Shown: positions 51,191 through 63,931, counted from the first letter of the whole stretch. The stretch is 63,931 bases of DNA, filler included, from Reticulomyxa filosa (GCA_000512085.1; 19 parts of 19 records of this genome joined end to end with filler, not necessarily neighbours in it); one strand, 5' to 3'. A program made the numbers and translations. The notes: a model not told the origin generated them from the sequence alone.

Positions 51191-51671
51191 GTATTTTTTT
51201 TTTTTTTTATGTTTTGTAATGGCCGATGAGTTTATTATCAATTGTTTCCTTTCATTCTTAATTTTGAGAAATTTAACATTCAACATCTATATTGACGTTT
51301 TTTTTTAAAAAAAATTCCACGAAATTGTAAGAAAATAATCGGCAAGAATGTTTTGGAAATACATACAAACACGAATTTTCCTCGGAAGGAAATTTCTCGG
51401 AAATTGGTGTATCCATTTTTCTCTCCAAAATGAAAATGGGGGAAAAAAAGATGCTCCTATTTTTGAATTCGATGAAAAAAAAGTGTATATTATGATTGTG
51501 GAGGAAAAAGCTCGTTATGGCTCTGAGTTTTGCGTGGTGAAAATGAGACTCAAACAAAGAAAATCACACATTTGTTCTCTATAGTACACCCTCCCGCGAC
51601 GGACTAAGAAGTAAGCTTTTCCAAACAAAAGACAAAGACAAGGACAAAACAATGCTTGAAAAAAAGAGAGT

Positions 51672-51971
51672 TTATTTTTCTTCATTTTCGTCGATGATAT
51701 CATCATGAATAATGCCAAAGGCAGGTTTTTCAGGTTCGGTGGAGGGGTTTTGGTTTTGGGTGGCTTTGCGACTGTCGTCAGCTTCGACACGATTGAAGGT
51801 GTACCCCCACACGCGATTGTCCATTCCGTTGTAAAGCGAGTCATCCTCGGTATTTTTTTTCACAAAGTCTTGTTCTGCTTCAATGTCATCAAAATAGCGC
51901 GAGTCGGTCGGATTGGCCAAGTAGGGGACAAACAGAGGGGGCATCTCTTGCAACTTCTCAAAGTCTAATTT
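51672..51971 (-). CDS. AGC kinase C-terminal tail (NDR-like), last exon
   Basis: PPLFVPYLANPTDSRYFDD followed by the hydrophobic motif VWGYTFNR. Confidence 0.8.
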   Translation of the reverse strand, partial: KLDFEKLQEMPPLFVPYLANPTDSRYFDDIEAEQDFVKKNTEDDSLYNGMDNRVWGYTFNRVEADDSRKATQNQNPSTEPEKPAFGIIHDDIIDENEEK

Positions 51972-52194
51972 CTGACAAAAACGTACATATGCACGCCCAC
52001 ATGGGAAATCGTCTTGAATGATTCACAACACAAAAAAAAAAAAAAAAAAAAGAAAACTACCAAATTGAAAATNNNNNNNNNNNNNNNNNNNNNNNNNNNN
52101 NNNNNNNNNNNNNNNNTTAATTAATTAANNNNNNNNNNNNNNNNNNNNNNNNNNNNNNNNNNNNNNNNNNNNTTTTTTTTTTTTTTGTAGCTTC

Positions 52195-52375
52195 TAAACT
52201 CAATGTCCTTTTCACGCCATCCTAACAAATCTTGCACAGTTACACCTATCAACGTCAATGTCTTTGCTGTTTCCACATCATTTTTAACGTTGTGTTTGCG
52301 CAAAAAATTTTCCACACTGTCTTCTTTTTTTTCTTCCGTTGTCTCTCCCGTTGTTTTTCCTTCCTCTGTCGTCAT
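52195..52375 (-). CDS. First exon of a SAM-like domain protein
   Basis: SVENFLRKHNV..LTLIGVTVQDLLGWREKDI has a SAM-like pattern; truncated. Confidence 0.5.
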
Positions 52376-53762
52376 ACCCTTTTTCTTAGTGTTTATGCTT
52401 GCAAATTTTTTTTCAAAAAGAGATTCAAGAAACGCTTCTTATATTATTTCGACAACTTTTTTTTGAAGCTTTGAACATTATCCTTTTCAAGTTTTTTTCT
52501 TTTAACGCGTGTATTAATTCTTTTATTTGTTTTTTTTGTGCAGACAACAAAAAAGCAAAAAAAAGAAAAAAGTGAAAATGAATTTTTGAACTAAATATTT
52601 TTTTAAAGAGACACAATTTGAATTTCAACAAAGGCAAAAAATTTAGTATTGATAAGTTCAAAGTGTAATTTGTCTTGACCATGCAATAATTGCGACAATA
52701 TGTGACGATGTAATACATTCATCATAATGTAGCAAAATAATATTACCTTAACTTTATAAGTCATAGAAATTAAACAAAATTGTACTAAATTAATCTAAAT
52801 ACAATTGCGATTGTACCCTAAATATTACCTATTGCTTTATTTGTAATATTAATTTTTGATTAGTTTGGTCTGTTAGTTCGTTTTATCGATTTTTATTTCG
52901 CATTCATTAAGAATTTTTCATCGACTTACAAGTACAGTTTTTTAGCAATGGTGACCGATGTTTCATCAATTTTATATTTTACTTGATTTTTAGTGTAAAT
53001 ATCTTTACAAATATGATTAATAATTTTTTTTACGATAGTATTATACTATTAATTCTTTAGTATATTACTGATAAGCTCATCAAATCTTTTGATATTTTAA
53101 AATCAAAAATGCAATTTCCGATAATTATCAAACCGATCGATGCTGGAGTAGTTATATACTAGTAAGCGTCGTTTTATATATGCTTGATATCACTTTTGGT
53201 TTTTTTATGCAAAACTTAATCTCTGAGCAACATTGGCTTGTTGCAACTGGAAATTGGACATCTGGCCAATGTTAGATAGCTGTACCTTTTATTTTTATTG
53301 ATTGTAAAAAAAGTACTTTACTTAAAAGTTTTCAAATTTTGTACACTTTGGCTTTTCTCATAAATGCTTGGCAAAAAAAGAGAAATATCCAATTAAAAAA
53401 TGTAAGTTACCATTTCTCGTTACACAACAAATGCTATCGTTTGGAGAAAAACAAACTTAACTGGTGGCAAGCATATGCACATGAAACGTATTCATAGATC
53501 AAGTAACTATTTTTTGTTTTCAAATGTCATGACCGCATTACAAGCAAAAATTACAAAAAGTAACCCAAAAAAAAAGTCGATACTAATTTTGAAAATTAAT
53601 GTCATTGGATAGATTTACTCGAAAAAAGCCTTCAAAATTCAAAGGGTTATACAACCGATTGCAACACTGGGCAAGGTTGCTCGTCTCTGCGTGCAACACG
53701 AGCAAAAGAAACTTTTGATCCACCCTCGTCACCTCTAAAAAAAAATTACTACAACAAAAAAA

Positions 53763-54462
53763 CTACGAAGATTTGTGGCATTCAAAACCAATTGCCAAAT
53801 GAGATGAATTATTACGTTCCTTGTCTTCAACGTCAGTAGTATGTCTCGTGAGCGGAAGCAGCGGAATTTCGGGGGTGGTGCTGCGTTGTGCTTTTTCATT
53901 TACTTTGACTATTCAAGTTTGCACCCATAGTTTAATACATAATTTTACATACAAAAAAAAAGTGTTTTTCTTTTTTAAAAAAAAACAATAAACTATTTTC
54001 ATTTCCTAATACGACTGAACCTGATTGTACTTTGTCCAAAGTGTCAATGATATCTTCCAATTGAATAATCACTTGCTACAATTTTTATTTTTTTATTTGT
54101 TTGCTATTGTTATTTTTTTTTTTTTTGCATACGCAGAAAAAAAAAATTTTGAACAAGCTTTTGTTCGGGGGAATGTGTCGGTACACGACGGAGGAGAGAA
54201 AAAAGAAGTATTACTTGTTGCTCTTGCTTGAACTTGTTGCTTTCCAATTGGGACAACTCACTGTTGTACTGCTCTTCAATGTACTTGGACAACTCCCTCT
54301 GTTTTTGTTGCAATTTCTCGGTCAACTTTTCAAACGTGTTTTGGAGGTTATTTAAAAGGACGTCTTTTTCCAGTGTTGCGACTCGTTGTTGAGGTAAGGT
54401 TGATCTTGATCTTCATCCAAGAATTCAAGTTCATCTTCGGCTGCCTGTTGAATTTGTGACAT
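53763..54462 (-). CDS. Small coiled-coil protein, about 3 exons, apparent frameshift
   Basis: MSQIQQAAEDELEFLDEDQDQ shifts frame into LPQQRVATLEKDVLL..LTEKLQQKQREL. The last exon ends GFECHKSS*. Confidence 0.5.
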
Positions 54463-54878
54463 TACCCGTATAAAATTATGAGATACCTTTCTGGCAAGGG
54501 ATTATCAACCGCTTAAAAAAAAACGTTCGTCTTTTCGAACGACGAAAACAAAGAATTCTGTGTTTTAAATAAAGCATTTTTATTATCCTTAATAAAAATT
54601 CAAAAAATAACCTTCGAAACAGTTTTAATTTGACCTTATTAACATACAACATCAAATCCAGTGACTAACACATAACCGAGTGTTTTATTTAGCTTTCAGG
54701 AAAACACTATTGTAAAGCTCAGCTGTGTTTATTCTGCTGTGCAAGAACTTTTTGTAGTGTCATGCCTTTTGTAGTACAAAAATGCTTTATTTCACCGGTT
54801 AGTGAGTTTTCTGTGCTACCAGCTTGTGGGGATTTTATTTATATATTATATATTATCAATTTCTTAAGAGGAAAAAAG

Positions 54879-55427
54879 ATGTCTGATGACGAAGCACCAC
54901 AACAAACAGCCGATAATGAGACAAAGGAAGAAGATGGAAACGACCAACAAGGCGACACAAAAGAAACTCCAGCAAGCCTTGTGTCTCAAGTGTTATGTCG
55001 AGTGTCGTTTGTGGACGAGAACAACGTAAGAAATCTAACTTCCAACTATGGTTTGGAAGGAGATGTAAAAGTTGACCACACAGTAATTTTGGAAGCCGTC
55101 CAAAAAGAAGCCGCAACACAGCAAACTGGGACATTGACAGTCGATTTTAAAGGAGGGAGTTATACATTTGCTTACATCGCCAAACCAGCCGTCAATCAAA
55201 AAGAAAAAGGCTATATTTTGGCGATCCGACCATCTTCGAAATGTACCACAATTGAAAAATTGAAGGAAGTGCTCAACGCCTATGATTCTTTACATTTAAA
55301 ATATTTTTCTAGTTGCGAAAATCCTGTTGCAACTTATAATGCCGGTCAGGTTTTGCAAGAATTTATGAGTCAAAATTTTGAAATAGTTTCAGAAACAAAA
55401 GTCCAAAAGGCAGAAGAGCAACAATAA
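54879..55427 (+). CDS. Intronless stand-alone longin-like protein
   Basis: Acidic N-terminus, then a beta-beta-alpha-beta-beta-beta-alpha-alpha pattern (VLCRVS, TLTVDF, YTFAYI, YILAIR). No SNARE coil or TM helix. Confidence 0.6.
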   Translation: MSDDEAPQQTADNETKEEDGNDQQGDTKETPASLVSQVLCRVSFVDENNVRNLTSNYGLEGDVKVDHTVILEAVQKEAATQQTGTLTVDFKGGSYTFAYIAKPAVNQKEKGYILAIRPSSKCTTIEKLKEVLNAYDSLHLKYFSSCENPVATYNAGQVLQEFMSQNFEIVSETKVQKAEEQQ

Positions 55428-55678
55428 TATTTTGTTTTTTGTTGAAAAACATCTGTAAAGATTACAATGTACAATATTTTTTTTATCAAGGTAATTTGTT
55501 TAAAGATTAACAAATCCTTTTTTTTAAAAGAAAAATCTTCCAGATTCTGTTTTCATTAAAAGAAAAAAAATCTTGAAAGATAGTCTTTTGATGGATAGGC
55601 GTATAAAAGTGAAATGATATTTTGAAGTTCCGACAAGACTGTTAGAACTTTTAGGGGACAAATAATAAAAATAATAAA

Positions 55679-56415
55679 ATGATGGACTTAAGTAGCGAAA
55701 ATCGCATTCATTGCTTATATTGTGGGGAACTGATGTTGAACGAACAAATGCTTCGTGAACATTTGAAGAGTTGTTTGTCGAGTAATGGCTCTTGTAATGT
55801 GTGTTTTCAAGCAACACCACCTTTGGTTTCATGCAGGAGCTGTCACGTCAAAATCCACCCAGTTTTGATTTAAAAAAAAAATTCTGCAATGAAGTTGGAA
55901 AGAAGAGCAGGAAAAAAAAAAGAGGTTGCAAAACAAAAAAAAACTTGGAACAAATGAAAAATGCAAACCCACCAACAAATAAACAAAAAAAGGATTGCAT
56001 AGGAAATCCCGATTTTGGGATGCTTTGGAATTGTCAGCCGTGTCGTCAGGGACATGAAGACGTCGACTGTGCATTGTGTTCGAAAAAAAAAGGTTATTTC
56101 ATTCAAACCACCGATGTGAGTTTTGATTTTTTTTTATTGATTTATTCATTTTTTTATTTTTTTTTTTTTTGTTGAGAGGGTAACTTTGCTCTTACCTTTT
56201 TTTTTTTTTTCTTTGTGCTCTACGTGAAATGTATACTTGAAAAATTTCTTGCGTGGACCTCACTAACAAAAAAAAAAAAAAAACAAACAAACAAAAAAAC
56301 AGAACCAATTTGCGCATTTATCATGTTGCATTTGGAGTGGTGGCACTGTTGTTTCTCGTGACAGTAAAAAAAACTTGATTGCTGATATTTCCAAAACATT
56401 GTTATGTGCGATACG
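55679..56415 (+). CDS. C2HC finger + PHD + Zn-knuckle (PZP-like) protein, 3' partial
   Basis: CLYC..HLKSC, CNVC..CRSCHVKIHP|DC..WNCQPC, CALC..GYFIQT and FAHLSC follow the BRPF/Jade/AF10 spacing. Confidence 0.8.
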
Positions 56416-56591
56416 TGTGCGTATATGTGCATGGTTTGAGTTTATGTGCAATAATAATAACAATGATAATACTAATAATATATATATATATNNNNNNNNN
56501 NNNNNNNNNNNNNNNNNNNNNNNNNNNNNNNNNNNTTAATTAATTAANNNNNNNNNNNNNNNNNNNNNNNNNNNNNNNNNNNNNNNNNNNN

Positions 56592-58093
56592 AATAATAAT
56601 AATAATAATAATAATGGCAATAGTAATAATATTAATGGCAATAATAACAACAATGGTGCCATTGCTACTGTCGATAAAAACAAAAAAATGAAAGCAAAGC
56701 AACAAAAAATGGTAGCAAATGACCAAAAAAAGGCGAAAAAAACGCAGTTGCACAAATTGAAACATGCCTCAAAAAAATTAAGTTTCGCCAATGTTTCCTT
56801 GCAACGAGCACAAGACAAAAGCAACTGTATGTTAATGCAGCTCTCTTTGCGGAACCCTTTATTCCCAAAACGTGTGCCCAACCATTTCCACGACTCCTTT
56901 ATTTGGGATATGTTGGAGAAACATAAAAGCTATCTCTTCATTCCTTTGGTAACACTTTTTCTTCTTTCATCATTTTTTTTTTTTTTGGTGTATGTATTGT
57001 ATATTGCATATTGCATATTGCATTGAATACCCCATTTTTATAATTATAATGATGGCTGTGGGTGGGTGGGTGGCGGTTTGAGTAATACTTGTAGGACTCC
57101 TTTGTATATTTTCTGAGTGGTGTCACTGAAAAAGCAGCTTTGCTTATAAAAGAGCGATTTCATCCTTTTGTTGATATGATTGTTATTGGTCGTCTTGCAA
57201 ACCAAGTTTTGTTGTCGCTTATGCTTTTTTGCATGTGCGCAGGTCTATTGCATATTACCATTCCTTTTTTTTTCTCTCTCTTTCTCCTGTCCCTACTCTC
57301 CTCCTTCTATTCCTTCATAGCCCTTATTTCCGCAATGTCAATTCCACAAGTCCAAACAACCGCTTTTGGTAAAGACGACACTTGGAGAAATCAAGAGAAA
57401 TTCCTATCGTCGACAGCCAGGACGATTATTTCTTCGCTGCTCCTACTGCCGTGTCAAGTATTGCCATTCTTGGGACATTTTTTATACATGTCCATTGGGG
57501 TCCACACAATCTCATCCAAAGGGATTACATTATTGTTTGAAATGTGTCTCCATTCAAATGACTGGTAATATTCATTGTATATTATATATATATACGTATA
57601 TATATGTACATATATATATATATATATACAGTGTAATATCTTCTTCTTTCTTTTTTGGCTTACAGAATACAGTGACAATAACGAATCAAGTGAAATCAAT
57701 GTATTTGGACTCGATAACGGTGAAGAAAGTTCGGAGTCACTCCCTGCCACACCGAAAAAGCAAAAAAAGAAAAAAAACGAGAGAGAAAAGAAAAGTTCGT
57801 CACTTGCACATGACGATGAGCAGAAGCATCCAGAGCGTAGCATTCAATTCACTCCCCCTGAGTTCTTTAGTCAATTGCTCGGCATTGAGCCGATGGAAAC
57901 GCATATGGGCCGCCAACGCAGTCACAACGCCAACTTTTGCAATGTGATGAAGTGTTGCCGCAATGATGCCAATGCAATGAAGGCATCTGGTAACGGTGTG
58001 AGAGACGACTCTAGAGACAATGAAATCTGTGTATTAATCAAACTCCGAAATGTGAGTGATGACAATAACATTAACACTGTCAACAGTAATAAC

Positions 58094-58130
<37 letters not shown>

Positions 58131-58801
58131 GGAAAAATAGCAAATCACTGCACAAAAAAGAGACGTGACACTGAGACTGAGGAATTGAATCCCGAGCAAA
58201 TACATTTGAATGATTCGACAACTGATCATGACACGAGCGATCACAATGCCGCTTCGTTGTCTTTTCGAACGGTCGAAAAGCAAATCAAACAATACCATTT
58301 GCAATATGCGTTTTTATCCACCGTACCTTGTCGGGTTGAGAAATTAGTTCAGTCAAATTTCTTCATTCAGTTATTTGGAATTTTGATTTTGTCTTTTGTT
58401 TGTATTTTACCTGTTTGAAACACAAATTGAATACATAACAATGACAGTGATAGCAATAATAACAAAAAAATGATCAAAAAAAAAAAAACAATGACATTGA
58501 AATGAATAGTCCGTGGAATCTCACTATCAAACAATGAGCAATAAAGTGAAACGCAACTTCAATGGAATGAATTCATTGTTATCTGTGCTGTGCCAATTGC
58601 CTCTGTTTCAAATCGTCAGTGGAGTTGTGGGGCATTATCTCTGGCAAAGGCATCCCTCCAGACATTTGAAAGATATGATTTCCTTGAATGTACTTATGTC
58701 ATGGATGTGCTGAGGCAGTGGTATTGGAAGTCTGTGGATGAGATATGGATAGGAGAAAACAGCAGCAATAATAATAACAATAACAATAACAATAACAATA
58801 A
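56592..58801 (+). CDS. Internal fragment of an Asn-rich protein with a Cys/His finger
   Basis: Coding-like exons including CSYC..YTC..LHYCLKC and poly-N/K tracts. Exon model incomplete. Confidence 0.5.
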
Positions 58802-59015
58802 NNNNNNNNNNNNNNNNNNNNNNNNNNNNNNNNNNNNNNNNNNNNTTAATTAATTAANNNNNNNNNNNNNNNNNNNNNNNNNNNNNNNNNNNNNNNNNNN
58901 NGGGTGAAGCACAAATCAAGATCGTCAGCAAACAAGGAGAATAGGATGACGACAATGAATGGAAGAAAGAGTATTCGGATGCCATACTGCGTTGGATTTT
59001 TTTTTTTTAAAAAAA

Positions 59016-59805
59016 GACAATCGGCCGAGTTGACTGAATTGGTTATCTGGAATCATTCGCGAATGGCGGCTTTGCGCATTCTTCGACATGGACGAAATTC
59101 ACATAGTGCGCCCTCCTCCAATGAAGCTACTGGTGATAGTAGTGACAATACCAAGCGCATTACCGATGACAGCAATGATGACACGAGGTCCATGTTCTTT
59201 TATTTTATTATGCAACTGTCTCAAGACGTTGGACTGATGTTGTGTGCCCGCTGTTTTATTCCAGCGACTTTGATTTGGTACTGCGCCACTTGTTATAAAC
59301 AACAGTATCGTGACAGTCTATAATTGGATCGACGATTCAAACGTCTTGCAATTATTTGGCGAATCAATGCAAAAGCTTAGATATTGGCAATGTGTTAGTG
59401 TTAATGGGCCCCTGCTGGGTGGGTACGTGCACAATATTTTGTGTCGCAGGTCGAGCCCCTTCTCTCTCTATCTCTCTCAAAAACGTCGCCGTAGTCACGA
59501 AACTGTTTGGTTACCAAAAGCCGAATAACTTGTATTCGAAAAGTGGAAGGGTCTGTCATTGACAAGACATCCACTCAAAAAATGGTAGCTCTAGAGGATA
59601 AGAGCATTTCAATGATATCAGCTTCCTCCAAGTCCGTTCAGTCGCTCAAAATAATGGATACTTGATGGATGCATTGCCGTTGAAATCAAAGTGCGCATTT
59701 GAACACAAGAATTCAAAAGTTGCTGTTAAAAAAAAATCATTTGTGCGCATATCCTCTTTCCTGCTACCTCATGCTATAGTCATACTTGGATCCATTGCTT
59801 GAAAA
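59016..59805 (+). pseudogene. Frameshifted coding-like sequence of unknown family
   Basis: Successive short ORFs in different frames (58904, 59310, 59356) with no intron-like sequence between them. Confidence 0.3.
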
Positions 59806-62154
59806 GGTTTTTTTTTATGTACATATTCGACATAACATCTTTATACGTACATTTGATTATTTGTTTATGTGTATGTGATATGTGTTCTTGAAATTTATGA
59901 ACAGATATTTAAAGGTATGCAAATGGAGAATACTACGTGAAGTTGGATTGCAGATGGACAAATTGTTGTTGCTTGCATTGTCATTGATNNNNNNNNNNNN
60001 NNNNNNNNNNNNNNNNNNNNNNNNNNNNNNNNTTAATTAATTAANNNNNNNNNNNNNNNNNNNNNNNNNNNNNNNNNNNNNNNNNNNNACACTTTGTTTT
60101 ATATACATTTGCAATAGTAAACGCAGAAAAAAGTTGACGTTTTTCTCATTTCAAATTCTTTTCAAACTAATCTCAGTCTGCTCAAATAAAAAGGCTAATG
60201 CATAAAATAAATAATTTCCAATTAAAAACAAAAAATGGGAAAAGCAGGACTAAGTAATTTTCAACAAAAGAAAGAACAAGTGTTTCATAGCGCTGGCATA
60301 GAAAAATGCTTTATCTTTCATACGATCAAGTTTGTAATGCATATCGTGGGGATTGCATCATTGTCTAGTTATGTAATGCAATGACAAGATCAAAATCTTT
60401 GCATTTGTTCGTTATTTCAATGTCATTAAAATACCAAAATTACATATAGTACACAACATACAATTTCTTGACTTTGTTTTCGTTTGAAATTTGAAGAGCA
60501 GATATCCAAATACAGAAATTGGTGCACCTACGCCACAAATCTCTCAATACCTTTTGTATAGTCATTATAGCAATCTCATGTTGTTCAGCACAGTCTTTGT
60601 AATGCATTTTTTACCCAATTTTCTACTGTCGAATATGACAAAAATCTTCCTTCTTTTGATCTGCTTATTGTCACATGTGTCGGTAGTTTTTTCATTGAAT
60701 TCAGCATATTGTTTTGTTTAACATGATCAATTGTAAAATCAACTGTTTCTCCAATCTTTTTGACCAAATGGCGTATAAAAACAATATAACTTATTGACAA
60801 TGTTTTTTACATACATTTCACTTGAATTTTATGTGAATATTTTTTCATAGAATCAATATTAATTTTTGAATAATCATTAATTGATAGCTTCATAATCTTT
60901 TGGTCCAATACAATTATTTTTGTATTTGCGTACTGAGGCAGTCATTAGTTGCACATTATCCTAAAGTGAATAACCGTGCAATTGGCCATATTATGGAAAA
61001 AATAAAAGGAAATTGAACATAAAGTAATCCAAAGATAAAATATTGATGCATAATGAAAAAAGGAACGTTATCACTTCTCCTATTAGCAATGTTGGTGCAT
61101 TTCAATTGGATCAATTTCAATTTATTAAACACGCCATTTTATTGGTCATGTAGTATGAATTTTCCTGGTTGTATTCAAATCTGAAATGGAGTAAAAGAGA
61201 TCAAAATAAAAAAGGAAAAGGGGAATGAATATAGCTGTTTCGTAATAATTAAAGATTTTATATTGGATATATGAAAATGTAATGCGTTTGGATGTCTGAA
61301 ATTGTATGAGCAAACACTCCGTTTTTTATTTTGAATTTGTGCTGAGTGTTATGATATATTGTTTTAATTCAATGAAAAATTTGCCAAATATCTCTTTTGG
61401 TCATCTTTTCTTTATCTGATGAACTATAACGCCACACTGACAAAAGAAAAAATGTTGGTCCTCGTTTTTTTCTTTTTGGCAAACAATTGGTTGAGCAACT
61501 TTTCTTTNNNNNNNNNNNNNNNNNNNNNNNNNNNNNNNNNNNNNNNNNNNNTTAATTAATTAANNNNNNNNNNNNNNNNNNNNNNNNNNNNNNNNNNNNN
61601 NNNNNNNCTTTTTATTTGAAGCAGGCGATGCTTGTCTGATACATTATTACGTGCAACACATTTGTATTTATTTTTGCATTTTACATTATGCTTTCTAAAG
61701 TTCGCTTTTTTTAACAACATTGAATTTGATTCGATTCATTATTGTTCTGCGCTTTGTAGTTTTCCTAGTGTAATTAATAATAAATGTTTTTTTAAGATTT
61801 TTTGCGTAAAGTTTGACTTTAACAGCTTTTTTATTCTTGTATTACAATTTGAGCATATCTAATTTGTCTTTTTTTTTTGTTTTCCTGCCTAGAATGCAAA
61901 AGAAAGGTAGTCTAAAATGGCATTTTATATGCTGATGAAGTCTTCTACATGAAAAACAGCATTTTATTAAATTTTTTTAAATAATACATATAAATCATGT
62001 AACTTTAAATATGTTTTACTTTTTATTCCTTCTTTCCTAATTTTTTCAAAAGTTTCAATCCTTTTAAGAAAGCTTTTAGAAACAGTTTTGTTACATTTTT
62101 TTGTTTATTTCTTGTTTGTTATTTTGTTATTATTTGGTTTTTACAATCATCTTC

Positions 62155-62400
62155 AGAAATGATGAAAACAAACTAATCAAATTATCAAATGCCGTTGTAT
62201 CATCAAAATATAAAATTATTGAATATGATGAAAATAACATCACTTTTCAATTCGTCCATTACCTTTTATCATGATATTGTGTCATCGGTAATGTGTATCA
62301 ATGATATTATTTGTTCTGGGGATGTGATTATTTTGCACTGTCATTATAATTCATACAAATTGATATGTCCACAACATAGTTTGCATATTTACAACCACTA
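62155..62400 (+). pseudogene. Kelch-family remnant
   Basis: MMKTN*SNYQM..IEYDENN matches the end of the 63.6-63.9 kb copy; broken frames. Confidence 0.6.
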
Positions 62401-62694
62401 TTTTATATTTGTTATGTAATTTGGACAAAAATATTTATCAAAGATTACACATTATTAATTGACTTCCTCTTCTTTGTTTTCTTGATTAGTTTTAATAAAT
62501 TCAAGGTAAAAATCAACGGAAAAACGAATATAATTGATATCCATTACAACGATGTCATTTTCGTATTGTCCTTTTTCATCCATTTCATTTGCGTTCTATT
62601 TCAAAAAATACACTATTATCACATTATTTACATTTTTTCATTCTTTTTCCTGTTATTAATCTATGCTCAACTTTGTTTTCTTATATTCCAATAG

Positions 62695-63041
62695 AATTAG
62701 TTGGTAAAATATCATGTTTAATAAATTGAAATGTATTTAAAAAACATATTAATATTATTATCCAATAAGTGATAAATAACAAATTATTGTTGATTTCACC
62801 AATCAATGCGTGCGCTCCAAATAATTATCATCTCTTCCAATTTTGATTGGATTTTGATAGTTAGTGAAAGGAATCCATAGATTGTAATAGTTAGATTTGT
62901 TAAAATGATTGAATTGATTGAATTGTTTTGATTGATTCGTTTCATTTTCATTTTTATTTTCATGTTCATCAAAGATTGAACGTGGGAAGTAATCAGTCTA
63001 CTTTTTCAGTTTCTTTTTTGTGTAGTAATTTGATTGCCCAT
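62695..63041 (-). pseudogene. Kelch-family remnant starting MGNQITTQK
   Basis: WIPFT..IKIGRDD..ALIGEINNNLLFITY..FQFIKHDILPT matches the 37.1 kb and 63.6 kb copies; stops and deletions. Confidence 0.7.
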
Positions 63042-63539
63042 GTTGTTAAGGTTTATGAAGTTTTTTAAGTTTTAAAAAAGGGAACCCTTTTTGAGAAAAT
63101 AAAAATATTTTGCGTTGACATCTTCTATTTGGTTAGCAATGAAAATTGAAATGAGTGAAAGACTGAATTTTCAGTGAAAAAGTATTCACATTTAGTTTTT
63201 ATCCGTACAAAGTACTTGTGTTAAGTCTTGCAAACAAGTTTCTTTTTTAGTGAGATTAAAAAAAAAAACAGGGTTGATGATATCTTAAACAAATTTTAAT
63301 TTATACAAAAAATTTATCCCCATATAAATGAATTTTTGAGAAACGATATATTCAGTGATCATTTAAGGAGGAGGAAAGTATCATCCTTATCGGTTACCAT
63401 TTTCACTGCTTTAGCAAATTAGATTATTTTTTCATTAAAAGTTCTTATTATGTTTAACCAAAAAATACTTTTGTTTTCTCAAAAAGGGTTTTCACAGCCC
63501 CTTTTTTTAAAAAAAATCCTAAACACAAAACGCTTCTAT

Positions 63540-63924
63540 AAAAGAAACTGAACCCACTTTCAAACTTTGAAGGAGTTATCCACTCCACTTGAACAAGCTC
63601 AATGTGTGCTACACAAACGCGAACTCCTCATTTGTGGAGATAGATATCAAAGAACTTGCATTGATTGGTGGAATCAACAATCATTTATTATTTATTACTT
63701 ATTATCTAACGAATATTAGCTTGTTTGATTTAAATACATTTAAATTTATTAAACATGATACTTTACCAATTAGTATTGAAATATGGTGTCATTGCTTTGT
63801 ATCAAAATCAGTAAATGGACAAATACAAGAAATGATGAAAACAAAGCAAAAAAATAAACAAAATTATCAAATGCTGCTATTTTTTCAAAATACAGGATTA
63901 TCAATAGAATATGATTGCAGCTAA
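63540..63924 (+). pseudogene. Internally deleted Kelch-family copy
   Basis: THFQTLKELSTPLEQAQCVLHKRELLICG is fused out of frame to ALIGGINNHLLFITYY..MLLFFQNTGLSIEYD. Confidence 0.7.
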
Positions 63925-63931
63925 AAAAAAA

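Noticed and set aside
25328-54410. Programmed frameshifting in EED (T5 at 25328), the SAM gene (46000), the UPP-like gene (C5 at 48916) and the coiled-coil gene (~54400)
   Set aside because: Each is fixed by adding one base, mostly to a homopolymer, with no shared slippery motif. Homopolymer sequencing error is simpler; raw reads would decide.
55679-59988. One continuous PHD-protein gene across three contigs
   Set aside because: Linkers give no evidence of real adjacency.
60089-61507. Gene in this AT-rich contig
   Set aside because: Only short broken ORFs with no recognisable motif; possibly an old pseudogene.
3170-61607. Recurring TTAATTAATTAA as a biological repeat or CRISPR array
   Set aside because: Always centred in 44+44 Ns; a six-frame-stop contig spacer.
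1-63931. tRNA, rRNA, prokaryotic operons or defence systems
   Set aside because: None recognised by eye; the genes are spliced eukaryotic types. A tRNA/Rfam scan was not run.

Overview
Not one locus: 19 short eukaryotic contigs joined by 18 artificial 100-nt linkers (N44-TTAATTAATTAA-N44), so neighbourhoods mean nothing across linkers. The DNA is AT-rich, with short GT-AG introns full of simple repeats and many Kelch/WD40 pseudogenes, which suggests a foraminiferan such as Reticulomyxa (inference from family motifs). Recognisable genes: MATE transporter, RING-IBR-PARP-like fusion, NCKX-type exchanger, PP2A scaffold A, vWA protein, G-beta, small SET gene plus inverted pseudogene copy, EED/ESC homolog, eIF2-alpha kinase, UTP20, Kelch-WD40, EF-hand protein, FUT8/GT23-like glycosyltransferase, SAM proteins, uridine phosphorylase-like protein, NDR-type kinase tail, longin-like and PHD/PZP proteins. 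Best leads: (1) an EED homolog that appears to have lost its H3K27me3 aromatic cage, lying beside an unknown two-repeat acidic-tail protein between inverted SET copies; (2) a HOIL-1-like RING-IBR in which a PARP-like domain with a non-canonical triad replaces RING2; (3) a membrane-anchored, probably inactive uridine phosphorylase; (4) a recurring 35-aa 'GWI' cassette linking Kelch and WD40 propellers; (5) atypical splice signals. Exons were read by hand and comparisons to reference proteins are from memory; no searches were run.
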